From: Candidatus Peregrinibacteria bacterium CG_4_10_14_0_2_um_filter_38_24
Lineage (GTDB): Bacteria > Patescibacteriota > Gracilibacteria > UBA1369 > LOWO2-01-FULL-3
Reading direction: 5' to 3'
NCBI GenBank assembly: GCA_002792535.1
Contig: PFOM01000036.1
Span: forward strand, 11,936-75,935
Length of the DNA: 64,000 nt
Shown: positions 54,584-62,998 of the stretch, piece after piece
How the letters are laid out: every line of letters starts with the position of its first letter
Position numbering within the stretch: position 1 is the first letter of the stretch
Translations under genes and position numbers: made by a program
The notes under the pieces: generated by a model
What the model was told of the DNA's origin: nothing
Seen by the model: the letters and a program-made list of their open reading frames with translations, nothing else
Database searches by the model: none

Positions 54584-55786
54584 ATGCTGACTCTCGATTT
54601 AAAAAATTCAAAAGGTTCGCCAGAAAAATTCCTAAAAGACATAGAAAAAAGAAACCAAGGATTCTACAAAATTATCGACGATAAAAAAGAATTTGAAAAA
54701 GTCGAAACACTCGCAAAAAAACTAAAAAACAACTTCAACCACTTCGTAGTTTTAGGGATCGGCGGCTCAGCACTAGGCACTATTTGCCTTAAGAATGCGC
54801 TAAAACCATTAGCTCACGAAAAACTTTTCGTCATAGACAACGTTGATCCAGATTTCATAAAAGAAACAAAAAATAAAATCGACATCAAAAAAACACTCTT
54901 CATTGTAGTATCAAAATCCGGAGACACACTCGAAACATTGTCTCAATTTTTTTATTTCCAGAAAAAAGTCACAGACAAGAAACTCGATGCAAAAAAACAT
55001 TTTATTTTCATTACTGATTCCGAAAAAGGCTACCTAAAAGAACTCGCAAAAAAAGAAAATTACCAAACACTTGATGTCCCAAAAAATGTAGGAGGAAGAT
55101 TCTCAGTTTTAACAGCAGTAAGCCTTTTCCCCGCCGCACTCATAGGTATAGATATAAAAAAAATAATCACAGGAGCACAAAAAATGCGCAACAGATTTCT
55201 ATCAAAAGACACTAAAAAAAATCTGCCATTTTTGCTCGCAAACACACAACACAATTTTTACAGAAAAGGATTCAAAACAAATATTTTATTCCCGTATTCA
55301 AACTCACTTTCAAGTTTTTCCGACTGGGTCAGACAACTCGTTTGCGAAAGCACAGGCAAAAAATTAGACAACAAAAGAAAGAAAGTCTTCACAGGAATCA
55401 CAATAGTTCCCGCTCTCGGCGCAACCGATCAACATGCGCAAAGTCAGCTTTTCCACGAAGGACCAAATGACAAATTAATAATATTTTTCGAAATAGAAAA
55501 ATTCAAAAACACATTAAAAATTCCAAATAAAAATTTAAAAAACATTACATTCAACGAATTGATAAACATCGAAAAAGCATCCACAGAAAAATCATTAAAA
55601 GACTCACATCGCCCAACCATAACTATAAAATTAGACAAAATTTCTGAAGAAACTTTAGGTGAATTATTTATGTTATTCGAAGGAGCAACCGCATTCCTTG
55701 GCGAATTTTTAAACATCAATGCCTTCAATCAACCAGGAGTTGAACATTCAAAAAAACTTACAAAGCAGGCAATAATAAAATTATAA
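54584..55786 (+). CDS. pgi: Glucose-6-phosphate isomerase (short SIS-type)
   Basis: VVLGIGGSALG, FIVVSKSGDTLET, VGGRFSVLTAVSLFPAAL, ATDQHAQSQLFHEG. Confidence 0.9.
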   Translation: MLTLDLKNSKGSPEKFLKDIEKRNQGFYKIIDDKKEFEKVETLAKKLKNNFNHFVVLGIGGSALGTICLKNALKPLAHEKLFVIDNVDPDFIKETKNKIDIKKTLFIVVSKSGDTLETLSQFFYFQKKVTDKKLDAKKHFIFITDSEKGYLKELAKKENYQTLDVPKNVGGRFSVLTAVSLFPAALIGIDIKKIITGAQKMRNRFLSKDTKKNLPFLLANTQHNFYRKGFKTNILFPYSNSLSSFSDWVRQLVCESTGKKLDNKRKKVFTGITIVPALGATDQHAQSQLFHEGPNDKLIIFFEIEKFKNTLKIPNKNLKNITFNELINIEKASTEKSLKDSHRPTITIKLDKISEETLGELFMLFEGATAFLGEFLNINAFNQPGVEHSKKLTKQAIIKL

Positions 55787-55790
55787 ACTT

Positions 55791-56477
55791 ATGAAAAAAG
55801 AAAAAAAAACACTATCAGGAGATCCAGTATTGAAACATGCCAGTGTCAGCGACCTATTAAAACGAAATGATTTCAGAGTAACGATTTTCGGATCAGCAAG
55901 GATAAAAAAAGACGACAAAATTTACAAACAAATATTCAATCTTGCAAAAAGCATCGGACACGAAGGATTTGATATAGTAACAGGAGGAGGTCCAGGGCTT
56001 ATGGAAGCCGCAAATGCAGGACATGAAGCCGGAGACAAGCCAAGGCGAGCACAATCAATCGGACTGACAATTCACCTACCGTGGGAAGCAGAAAAAAATG
56101 AATATTTAGAAGTTCACAAACATTTTGCAAAATTTTCAAAAAGATTAGACACTTTCATGACACTCTCAAGTGCAATCGTAATAACTCCAGGAGGAATAGG
56201 CACATGCCTAGAGCTTATGTACACTTGGCAACTTGAACAAGTTCAACACATATGCCCACTACCAATAATTTTAGTAGGAAGAATGTGGGAACCACTCATA
56301 AAATGGTTCAAGAAATATCCTCTAAAACAAGGACTAATAAGCCCAAAAGACATGAATAATATTTACGTGGCACGCAGCAATAAAAAAGCCATGGAAATAA
56401 TATTAAAAACATACAAAGTCTTCCAAAAAGAAGGAAAAAATTACTGCTCAAATGTAAGAAAATACAAACTGGATTAA
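55791..56477 (+). CDS. LOG-family protein (TIGR00730-type nucleotide 5'-monophosphate nucleosidase)
   Basis: VTIFGSARI, IVTGGGPGLMEAANAGH, PGGIGTCLELMYTWQL (PGGxGTxxE motif). Confidence 0.88.
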   Translation: MKKEKKTLSGDPVLKHASVSDLLKRNDFRVTIFGSARIKKDDKIYKQIFNLAKSIGHEGFDIVTGGGPGLMEAANAGHEAGDKPRRAQSIGLTIHLPWEAEKNEYLEVHKHFAKFSKRLDTFMTLSSAIVITPGGIGTCLELMYTWQLEQVQHICPLPIILVGRMWEPLIKWFKKYPLKQGLISPKDMNNIYVARSNKKAMEIILKTYKVFQKEGKNYCSNVRKYKLD

Positions 56478-56494
56478 TTCTCGGAACGAACCAA

Positions 56495-57487
56495 ATGATT
56501 TACGACAAAAAAACAGCAATCGAAAGGAATAAACTCACAAAATCATTGCGCATTTTTTTTGAAAAAGAAAAATTCCTAGAAGTCGAAACGCCGATCATGG
56601 TGCGGATTCCAGGCATGGAACCACATTTAAACGTATTCGAAACAAACCTCATTGTCGGAAATAAAAAAACAAAACTTTTCCTAAATCACTCCCCCGAACT
56701 GCAAATGAAAAAACTTCTCGGAGCAAACTTTAGAAACATTTTCACACTAACAAAAACTTTTAGAAATGGAGAAATTGGCGGAAATTTTCACAATCCAGAA
56801 TTCACAATGCTTGAGTGGTATCGAATCAAAGCAAACTACAAAGATTTAATGAAAGATTGCGAAAACTTAATAAAAACACTGGCAAAAACCCCTCAAATAA
56901 CATACCAAAATCACAAAATAGATCTAAAAACTCCTTGGGAAAAATTTTCATGCGAAGAACTTTTCCAAAAATACTGCAAAATCTCGCTTGATCAAAATAG
57001 AACATTCAAACAGCTAAAAAACACAGCAAAAAAACAAAATTTAGACACAAATTTTTGCAAAGATTGGGACGATATTTTCTTCAAAATTTTCTTAAACGAA
57101 ATAGAACCACACTTAGGAAAGAAAAAGCCTACTTTCGTCTACGACTACCCATCAACTCAGGCTGCACTCGCAAAAAAATCATCAAAAAATCCATTCTTCG
57201 CAGAACGTTTTGAGCTATACATTGGAGGAGTTGAAATCGCAAACGCATTTTCAGAACTCACAGACGCAAAAGAACAAAAAACACGACTGATCGAAGAACA
57301 GAAAATAAGAAAAAAACTCAAAAAAACGATATTTGATATTGACGGGGAATTTTTAGCTAGTCTAGAATCCATTCAGCATAAATGCGCGGGCATAGCTCTT
57401 GGGATAGATAGATTGTTCATGATTCTCATGGATAAAAAAAATATCGACGAGACTTTACTCTTTCCACTAAAAAAAATTCTTAACTAA
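56495..57487 (+). CDS. epmA: EF-P lysine beta-lysyltransferase EpmA (PoxA/GenX, LysRS class II paralog without an anticodon domain)
   Basis: Class II aaRS core motifs FLEVETPIM, FRNGEIGGNFHNPEFTMLEWY, ELYIGGVEIANAFSELTD, GIALGIDRLFMIL. 330 aa. Immediately upstream of efp. Confidence 0.85.
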   Translation: MIYDKKTAIERNKLTKSLRIFFEKEKFLEVETPIMVRIPGMEPHLNVFETNLIVGNKKTKLFLNHSPELQMKKLLGANFRNIFTLTKTFRNGEIGGNFHNPEFTMLEWYRIKANYKDLMKDCENLIKTLAKTPQITYQNHKIDLKTPWEKFSCEELFQKYCKISLDQNRTFKQLKNTAKKQNLDTNFCKDWDDIFFKIFLNEIEPHLGKKKPTFVYDYPSTQAALAKKSSKNPFFAERFELYIGGVEIANAFSELTDAKEQKTRLIEEQKIRKKLKKTIFDIDGEFLASLESIQHKCAGIALGIDRLFMILMDKKNIDETLLFPLKKILN

Positions 57488-57494
57488 AATTTTT

Positions 57495-58055
57495 ATGGCA
57501 ATGACAACAGATATCAAAAAAGGCCTCGCAATAAACTTCAAAAACGGCACATGGCTAATCATTGAAGCACAATTTGTAAACCCTGGAAAAGGCGGAGCCT
57601 TCACGAGAGCAAAAATTCGAAACTTAAAAAGCAACCAAGTAATTGAATACACTTTTAAAGCTGGAGAATCGGTAGATGAAGCAGAAATAAGCAAAAGAAG
57701 ATGCCAATATTTATACAACGACGGCTCAACTTTCAACTTCATGGACAACGACAGCTACGAACAATTTTCACTTCCTGCAGACGTTATTGGCAACGACAAA
57801 AGATTTTTAATAGACGGAATAGAATGCTACGCAATGCACATTGACGGAGCCCCTGCGAGCATCGAATTACCTCCAAAAATGGATTTCAAAGTCACCACAA
57901 CAACTCCGGGAATAAAAGGAGACACCGCTACAGGAGGCTCAAAAGAAGCTACGATTGAAACAGGCGCAGTAGTAAGAGTTCCACTATTTGTGAAAGAAGG
58001 AGACATGATAAAAATCAACACAGACGATGGATCATATGTCAGCAAAGCAAATTAA
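57495..58055 (+). CDS. efp: Elongation factor P
   Basis: IKKGLAINFKNGTWLIIEAQFVNPGKGGAFTRAKIRNL, with the modifiable Lys in the PGKG loop. Three-domain length (186 aa). Confidence 0.95.
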   Translation: MAMTTDIKKGLAINFKNGTWLIIEAQFVNPGKGGAFTRAKIRNLKSNQVIEYTFKAGESVDEAEISKRRCQYLYNDGSTFNFMDNDSYEQFSLPADVIGNDKRFLIDGIECYAMHIDGAPASIELPPKMDFKVTTTTPGIKGDTATGGSKEATIETGAVVRVPLFVKEGDMIKINTDDGSYVSKAN

Positions 58056-58074
58056 AATTTCACCTCCAAATCTT

Positions 58075-59340
58075 ATGCAAGACGTAAAACACATCATAGA
58101 AAATCCGGAGAAATTTATCGACGGAGCAAAAAATAAAAAAGCGGATGTAGACATCAAAAAACTGGTCGAACTATACGAAAAACGAAACAAATTAATGCAA
58201 GATTTGGAAAGTCTTCGTGCTCGCCAAAATGAAGTTTCAAAAGAAATTACAAAAGCGGAGAACAAAGAAGCACTAATGGAAGAAATGAAAAAAACAAAAG
58301 AAACCGCAAAAAATCTCTCTCCGCAAATCGAAGAACTGGAAAAAGAAATCGACGAAATCGCAATCAGAATTCCAAATCCAACCCTTCCATCAACTCCGCA
58401 CGGCAAAGATGAGACAGAAAGCGTAGTCGTAAAAACACATGGAGAGAAGCCACAATTTGACTTTGAACCTCAAGATCACATTGCGCTTGGAAAATCACTC
58501 GACATCATCGATATCGAAAGAGGAACTCGCGCCTCCGGCGCTCGTTTTTATTATCTAAAAGGCGACGCCGCACTTTTAGAACTTGCACTCCTTCAATATG
58601 TGATGAACAAACTCACACAAAAAGGATTCACTCCCGTGATTCCACCGGTTTTAGTAAAAGAAGAAGCAATGTACGCAACAGGGTTTTTCCCTGCAGATAG
58701 AAACGAAATCTATTCCGTAAATCCGGGCGAAGACAATCTTTTTCTAGTTGGAACTTCGGAAGTTCCACTAACAATGCTACACGCAACAGAAATTCTTGAA
58801 GAAGAAAAATTACCAATCAGATACGCAGGATTTTCCACATGCTTCAGGCGCGAAGCAGGTTCATACGGCAAAGACACAACAGGAATAATTCGCGTTCACC
58901 AATTCGACAAAATAGAAATGTTCTCATTCTGCGACCCTGAAAAATCTGAAGAAGAACACGAATTAATCAGATCAGTAGAAGAAGAAATCATGCAAGAACT
59001 TGGATTTCATTACCAAGTTTTAAATATTTGTGATAGCGATTTAGGTTATCCTGCCGCAAAAAAATACGACATCGAAGTTTGGATCCCGACTCAAGAAAAA
59101 TTCCGAGAACTTACATCTTGCTCAAATTGCACAGACTTTCAAGCACGAAGATCAAAAATAAAATACAAGAACAAAGACAGCAAAAATGAATATCTACACA
59201 CTCTAAACGGAACCGCAATGGCAAGCGCACGAACGCTCGTCGCAATTATCGAAAACTACCAAACAAAAGAAGGAAATATCGCAATTCCGGAAGTTTTACG
59301 CCCATACATGGGAGGTCGCACAGAAATTACAAAAAAATAA
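58075..59340 (+). CDS. serS: Seryl-tRNA synthetase
   Basis: The ATG at 58075 gives the canonical N-terminus (MQDVKHIIENPEKF). Coiled-coil arm. Class II motifs CFRREAGSYGKDTTGIIRVHQF and LNGTAMASARTLVAIIENYQ. The ORF-track start at 58027 overlaps efp. Confidence 0.95.
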   Translation: MQDVKHIIENPEKFIDGAKNKKADVDIKKLVELYEKRNKLMQDLESLRARQNEVSKEITKAENKEALMEEMKKTKETAKNLSPQIEELEKEIDEIAIRIPNPTLPSTPHGKDETESVVVKTHGEKPQFDFEPQDHIALGKSLDIIDIERGTRASGARFYYLKGDAALLELALLQYVMNKLTQKGFTPVIPPVLVKEEAMYATGFFPADRNEIYSVNPGEDNLFLVGTSEVPLTMLHATEILEEEKLPIRYAGFSTCFRREAGSYGKDTTGIIRVHQFDKIEMFSFCDPEKSEEEHELIRSVEEEIMQELGFHYQVLNICDSDLGYPAAKKYDIEVWIPTQEKFRELTSCSNCTDFQARRSKIKYKNKDSKNEYLHTLNGTAMASARTLVAIIENYQTKEGNIAIPEVLRPYMGGRTEITKK

Positions 59341-59366
59341 CACGCGGCTTTCTCCGCGAAAAAATC

Positions 59367-60032
59367 ATGATTGTTTTACAAGATGTTTACAAAAAATTCA
59401 GTTCTGGAAAATCAAAAACAGATGCCTTAATTAACGTAAACATCAAAATCAAGGAAGGCGAATTTGTCGCTATCACAGGCCCTTCCGGCTCCGGCAAAAC
59501 AACTCTTCTAAACATAATCGGCGGACTCGATTCCCCGACAAAAGGAAAAGTTTTCATCAATGATTTCGATTTGAAACACATGGACGACGACGAACTTTCT
59601 CATTACAGAAACAAAGAAATCGGATTCATTTTTCAAGAATTTCACCTCGAACCATTTTTAAAGGTAAGAAACAATATATTACTTCCAACTCTTTTCGACG
59701 GACACACTCATGATGTACAGGCTTACGCCGACGCACTTTTGAAAGAAGTGAAATTGGTAAAAAAATCATACGCTTTAGCAAATGAACTTTCAGGAGGAGA
59801 AAAGCAAAGAACCGCTATAGCAAGAGCTCTAATCAACAAACCAAAAATAATAATTGCAGACGAACCGACAGGAAACCTCGACCAAGAAACAGGCGAAGCG
59901 ATCATAACTCTACTAAAAAATTTACAAAAAACACACAACATTACTCTCATAATCGCAACTCATGACAAAGAGATTGCACGGCTTGCAAAGCGCATAATCC
60001 ACATTGAAGACGGAATAATAAAACGTCGCTAA
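59367..60032 (+). CDS. ABC transporter ATP-binding protein (MacB/LolD-like)
   Basis: Walker A GPSGSGKTT, signature LSGGEKQR, Walker B IIIADEPTGNLD. Confidence 0.9.
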   Translation: MIVLQDVYKKFSSGKSKTDALINVNIKIKEGEFVAITGPSGSGKTTLLNIIGGLDSPTKGKVFINDFDLKHMDDDELSHYRNKEIGFIFQEFHLEPFLKVRNNILLPTLFDGHTHDVQAYADALLKEVKLVKKSYALANELSGGEKQRTAIARALINKPKIIIADEPTGNLDQETGEAIITLLKNLQKTHNITLIIATHDKEIARLAKRIIHIEDGIIKRR

Positions 60033-60043
60033 AACATAAAAAA

Positions 60044-61312
60044 ATGATATCAATCGCAATTAGAAGCCTCATCGCCCATCGCTCACGCACAACCCTTTCG
60101 ATAATTTCTATCGCGATCGGCGTCGCATCGATTTTTCTTTTTGTGACAATGATAAACGGCATAAACAAAGCCTCAACAGAACAAACGGCAAAACAAAATC
60201 CGTTAAATCAAATAATTGTCAGGCCACGCTTAGACAAAACCGGTCTCGTATCTTTTCTTACAAAATCCGAAAAAGGAAAACTAACAGACCAAACAATTGA
60301 AGACATAAAAAAAATTAATGGAATAAAAAATATTTATCCGGAAATTCAATTCGGAAATTTCTCATCAATCGAAGTCCAACTCATAGGCATCGGCGTACTC
60401 ACAGACGCAATGGTTTTCGGCGTTCCATACGAATTCATAAAAGACGAAATCCCAAACGAAGAGACATGGAAATCCTCAGAAGAGCCATATCCTGCAATTC
60501 TTCCACGCAAAATTCTTGAGTTATACAATCTCTCCGTGGCCTCTCCACAAGGCCTTCCGCTCCTCTCCGAGGAAGATCTTATCGGAAAAGAAATGATTTT
60601 TTATCCAAGATTTTCTACATTTTTCGGATCTTCAGGAAACGACAAATCCACACAAATCACACTAAAAATCGTCGGATTCTCAGACAAAGCAAGCCTACTC
60701 GGACCTACAATTCCACTCGAAATATTAAACACATTAAACAGATATTACGCACCATCAGGAAACAATTCATACACAGAGCTTTTTGTTGAGACATCAGACC
60801 AAAACAAGACAACACAAATCGCCCAAGAAATAGAAAATCTCGGACTTTCCACACAATATTTCACAAAAGATTTAAAAGAAGTTCAAGCAAAAATTTCATA
60901 TTTATCGATAGGACTTGGACTTATAAGTTTAATAATAATTCTACTTTCAGGCATAGCAATAATTGGAACATTCCTAAGCCAAATCGCAGAACGCAGAAAA
61001 GAACTCGGACTACTTCGCGCACTCGGAGCAACACGCAAACAAATCAAACTTTTGATAATGTCAGAAGCCGGATTCATCGGATTAATCGGCAGCACAATAG
61101 GAATCGGCGCAGGAATTTTGGCAAGCATCATCTTCGACAAATACATCACAACCGAACTAAGAAATACCATCCTACTCCCAAAAACTCTCTTCTGCATCAC
61201 TCCGGAAATAATAATAGCAACCCTCGCATTCGGTATCTGCTTGAGCATAATCGCCGCCTACATCCCAGCGAACACCGCCTCAAAAGTCGATCCAATCACA
61301 GCATTAAAATGA
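60044..61312 (+). CDS. ABC transporter permease (FtsX/MacB-like)
   Basis: N-terminal TM, a ~250-aa extracytoplasmic domain and three C-terminal TM helices. RRKELGLLRALGATRKQI and the C-terminal ASKVDPITALK are typical of the FtsX-like permease domain. Confidence 0.85.
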   Translation: MISIAIRSLIAHRSRTTLSIISIAIGVASIFLFVTMINGINKASTEQTAKQNPLNQIIVRPRLDKTGLVSFLTKSEKGKLTDQTIEDIKKINGIKNIYPEIQFGNFSSIEVQLIGIGVLTDAMVFGVPYEFIKDEIPNEETWKSSEEPYPAILPRKILELYNLSVASPQGLPLLSEEDLIGKEMIFYPRFSTFFGSSGNDKSTQITLKIVGFSDKASLLGPTIPLEILNTLNRYYAPSGNNSYTELFVETSDQNKTTQIAQEIENLGLSTQYFTKDLKEVQAKISYLSIGLGLISLIIILLSGIAIIGTFLSQIAERRKELGLLRALGATRKQIKLLIMSEAGFIGLIGSTIGIGAGILASIIFDKYITTELRNTILLPKTLFCITPEIIIATLAFGICLSIIAAYIPANTASKVDPITALK

Positions 61313-61658
61313 ACCAAACAATCCTAATCCTCCCCGGCTGGCAAGATTCAGGGCCAAATCATTGGCAAAGTCTTTTGCTTAAAAAATATCCAAACTGATA
61401 AAAGTCGTTCAAAAAGATTTCATGAATCCGGAAAAAATAAAAGGTTTTGCCCCAATGCCAATTCGAGAACTAGCATTCAAAAGCATCACGGTCGTAAGTT
61501 CAAACGACAAATGGGTGAGTCCCGAAAGAGCCGAATTCTTCGCAAAATCTTGGAATTCACAACTAATAAACATCGGCCCTCACGGCCACATAAACGCAGA
61601 CACAGGTTTCGGAGAATGGCCCCAAGGAGAAGAATTATTGAAACAGCTAACACAATAA
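61309..61658 (+). pseudogene. Remnant of a YdeN/RBBP9-like alpha/beta serine hydrolase (N- and C-terminal pieces; the catalytic middle is missing)
   Basis: 61309-61398 encodes MNQTILILPGWQDSGPNHWQSLLLKKYPN followed by TGA, which is a family-typical N-terminus. The ORF at 61422-61658 encodes a family-typical C-terminus (VVSSNDKWVSPERAEFFAKSWNSQLINIGPHGHIN). The total span of ~115 codons is far below the ~180-190 aa I expect, and no GxSxG nucleophile motif is present. Confidence 0.6.
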
Positions 61659-61662
61659 ATCC

Positions 61663-62784
61663 CTACCCCTTCACCGGCGGATGATCCTCAATAAACTTCA
61701 CAACTTCATCTGTGTCATCAGAAATCGCCAACATATCATGATACTTTAAGCCTTTCGACAAATCCGAAACTAATTCATAAACTTTGCAGTCCTCACTCCA
61801 AAATTTCTTTCCAAAAAAGATCATCGGACTCACCCATCCAAAGCTCGAATAATGATCCTGCGCCGCATCAGTGAATATTTCCTGAACAGTTCCCGCACTT
61901 CCCGGCCCATAAATAATTCCATGCAAAGCAACCGCCAAAAGAACATCCTCACGAATCGCATTTGAAAAATATTTTGCAATACTTGTCGCAAAAATATTCA
62001 AAGGTTCATGCCCATAAAACCACGTAGGAATCGCAATATTCTCTACTCCAGTAGGATACATATCAATAACTTTTTTGGATTGCACTATATAATTTTCATC
62101 CTGATATCTTGGTGCAACCTTCAAAATTTCTATAGCTTCCGTTAGTTGAGCATCCGTTTTCCCTGCAAGATAAGCCCCAAGATTCGCCGCCTCCATAATT
62201 CCAGGACCTCCACCAGACAAAATCAAATACCCTTTTCCCGCCAATTTCTTCGAAACCATCGCAACTTTTTCATAAGCGGGATCATCACGCAAAACACTAT
62301 GCCCTCCCATTATTCCAACACATTTCTTTTTTGTCATGCCATCTTCCCCAATCCCAATAATATCGTAAATCGCATCATCAATCGCATGATCATGAATCCT
62401 CTCGCAAAGCGCTTCATTAATATCTCCGGAATTTTTAAAAGACACAAAATGATTATAAATTTTCGTATCCAAAATTTCCCCACTTTCCATATCATTTCCC
62501 TGTATCAATTCTTCCCAAGTATAAAGACTTTTTCGATAAGGATTATAAGGAAGCCCCACAACCTTAGGATAGATTATGGCTCCCTTCTGCCTCAAAATCG
62601 ATTCCGTCTCGTCGTCCATATCGCATCCAAGAAAAGTAGTATTCGCCAATTTTATATTAGCCCAATCCAATTTTTCCTTCTTAAAATCCAAATCCTGAAT
62701 CGTTAAATTCAAAAGAACATTTCCCTCATTCAAAAGCTCTTTTACGGATTTTATTTCCTTTATCAATTTTTTTGGAGCAGGCAT
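61663..62784 (-). CDS. Extended LOG-like / COG1611-type Rossmann protein (PpnN-like nucleotide nucleosidase candidate)
   Basis: Central and C-terminal motifs VGIMGGHSV, ILSGGGPGIMEAANLGA and YGPGSAGTVQEIF (a PGGxGTxxE variant). Has an additional ~150-aa N-terminal domain. Confidence 0.7.
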   Translation of the reverse strand: MPAPKKLIKEIKSVKELLNEGNVLLNLTIQDLDFKKEKLDWANIKLANTTFLGCDMDDETESILRQKGAIIYPKVVGLPYNPYRKSLYTWEELIQGNDMESGEILDTKIYNHFVSFKNSGDINEALCERIHDHAIDDAIYDIIGIGEDGMTKKKCVGIMGGHSVLRDDPAYEKVAMVSKKLAGKGYLILSGGGPGIMEAANLGAYLAGKTDAQLTEAIEILKVAPRYQDENYIVQSKKVIDMYPTGVENIAIPTWFYGHEPLNIFATSIAKYFSNAIREDVLLAVALHGIIYGPGSAGTVQEIFTDAAQDHYSSFGWVSPMIFFGKKFWSEDCKVYELVSDLSKGLKYHDMLAISDDTDEVVKFIEDHPPVKG

Positions 62785-62860
62785 TTATTCTTTAGTTATA
62801 TTTTATAAATGAAGTATTTCACAAATTAATAATCTTACAAAAACTATCTTTAAAATTCTC

Positions 62861-62888
62861 TTGACTTCCTGTCAAAATACCATAGAAT
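62861..62888 (+). promoter_or_regulatory. Candidate rpoB promoter (TTGACT-N16-TAGAAT)
   Basis: Hexamers at 62861-62866 and 62883-62888. Followed by a leader with small hairpins (AGTCAC-gacg-GTGACT at about 62902-62917). Confidence 0.4.
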
Positions 62889-62998
62889 TAGGCGGTGATG
62901 AAGTCACGACGGTGACTAATCACAAAGACCTTTAGATACGAATGTGTTGTGGCAAGTTTGGTCTTAATTATTATGCAAACTTTGACCACTTTTTTATT

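Noticed and set aside
59341-59366. Hairpin CGCGG-ctttct-CCGCG after serS as a rho-independent terminator
   Set aside because: The stem is followed by an A-run, not a T-run, on the serS strand. The next gene starts within a few nt, so it does not fit a canonical intrinsic terminator.
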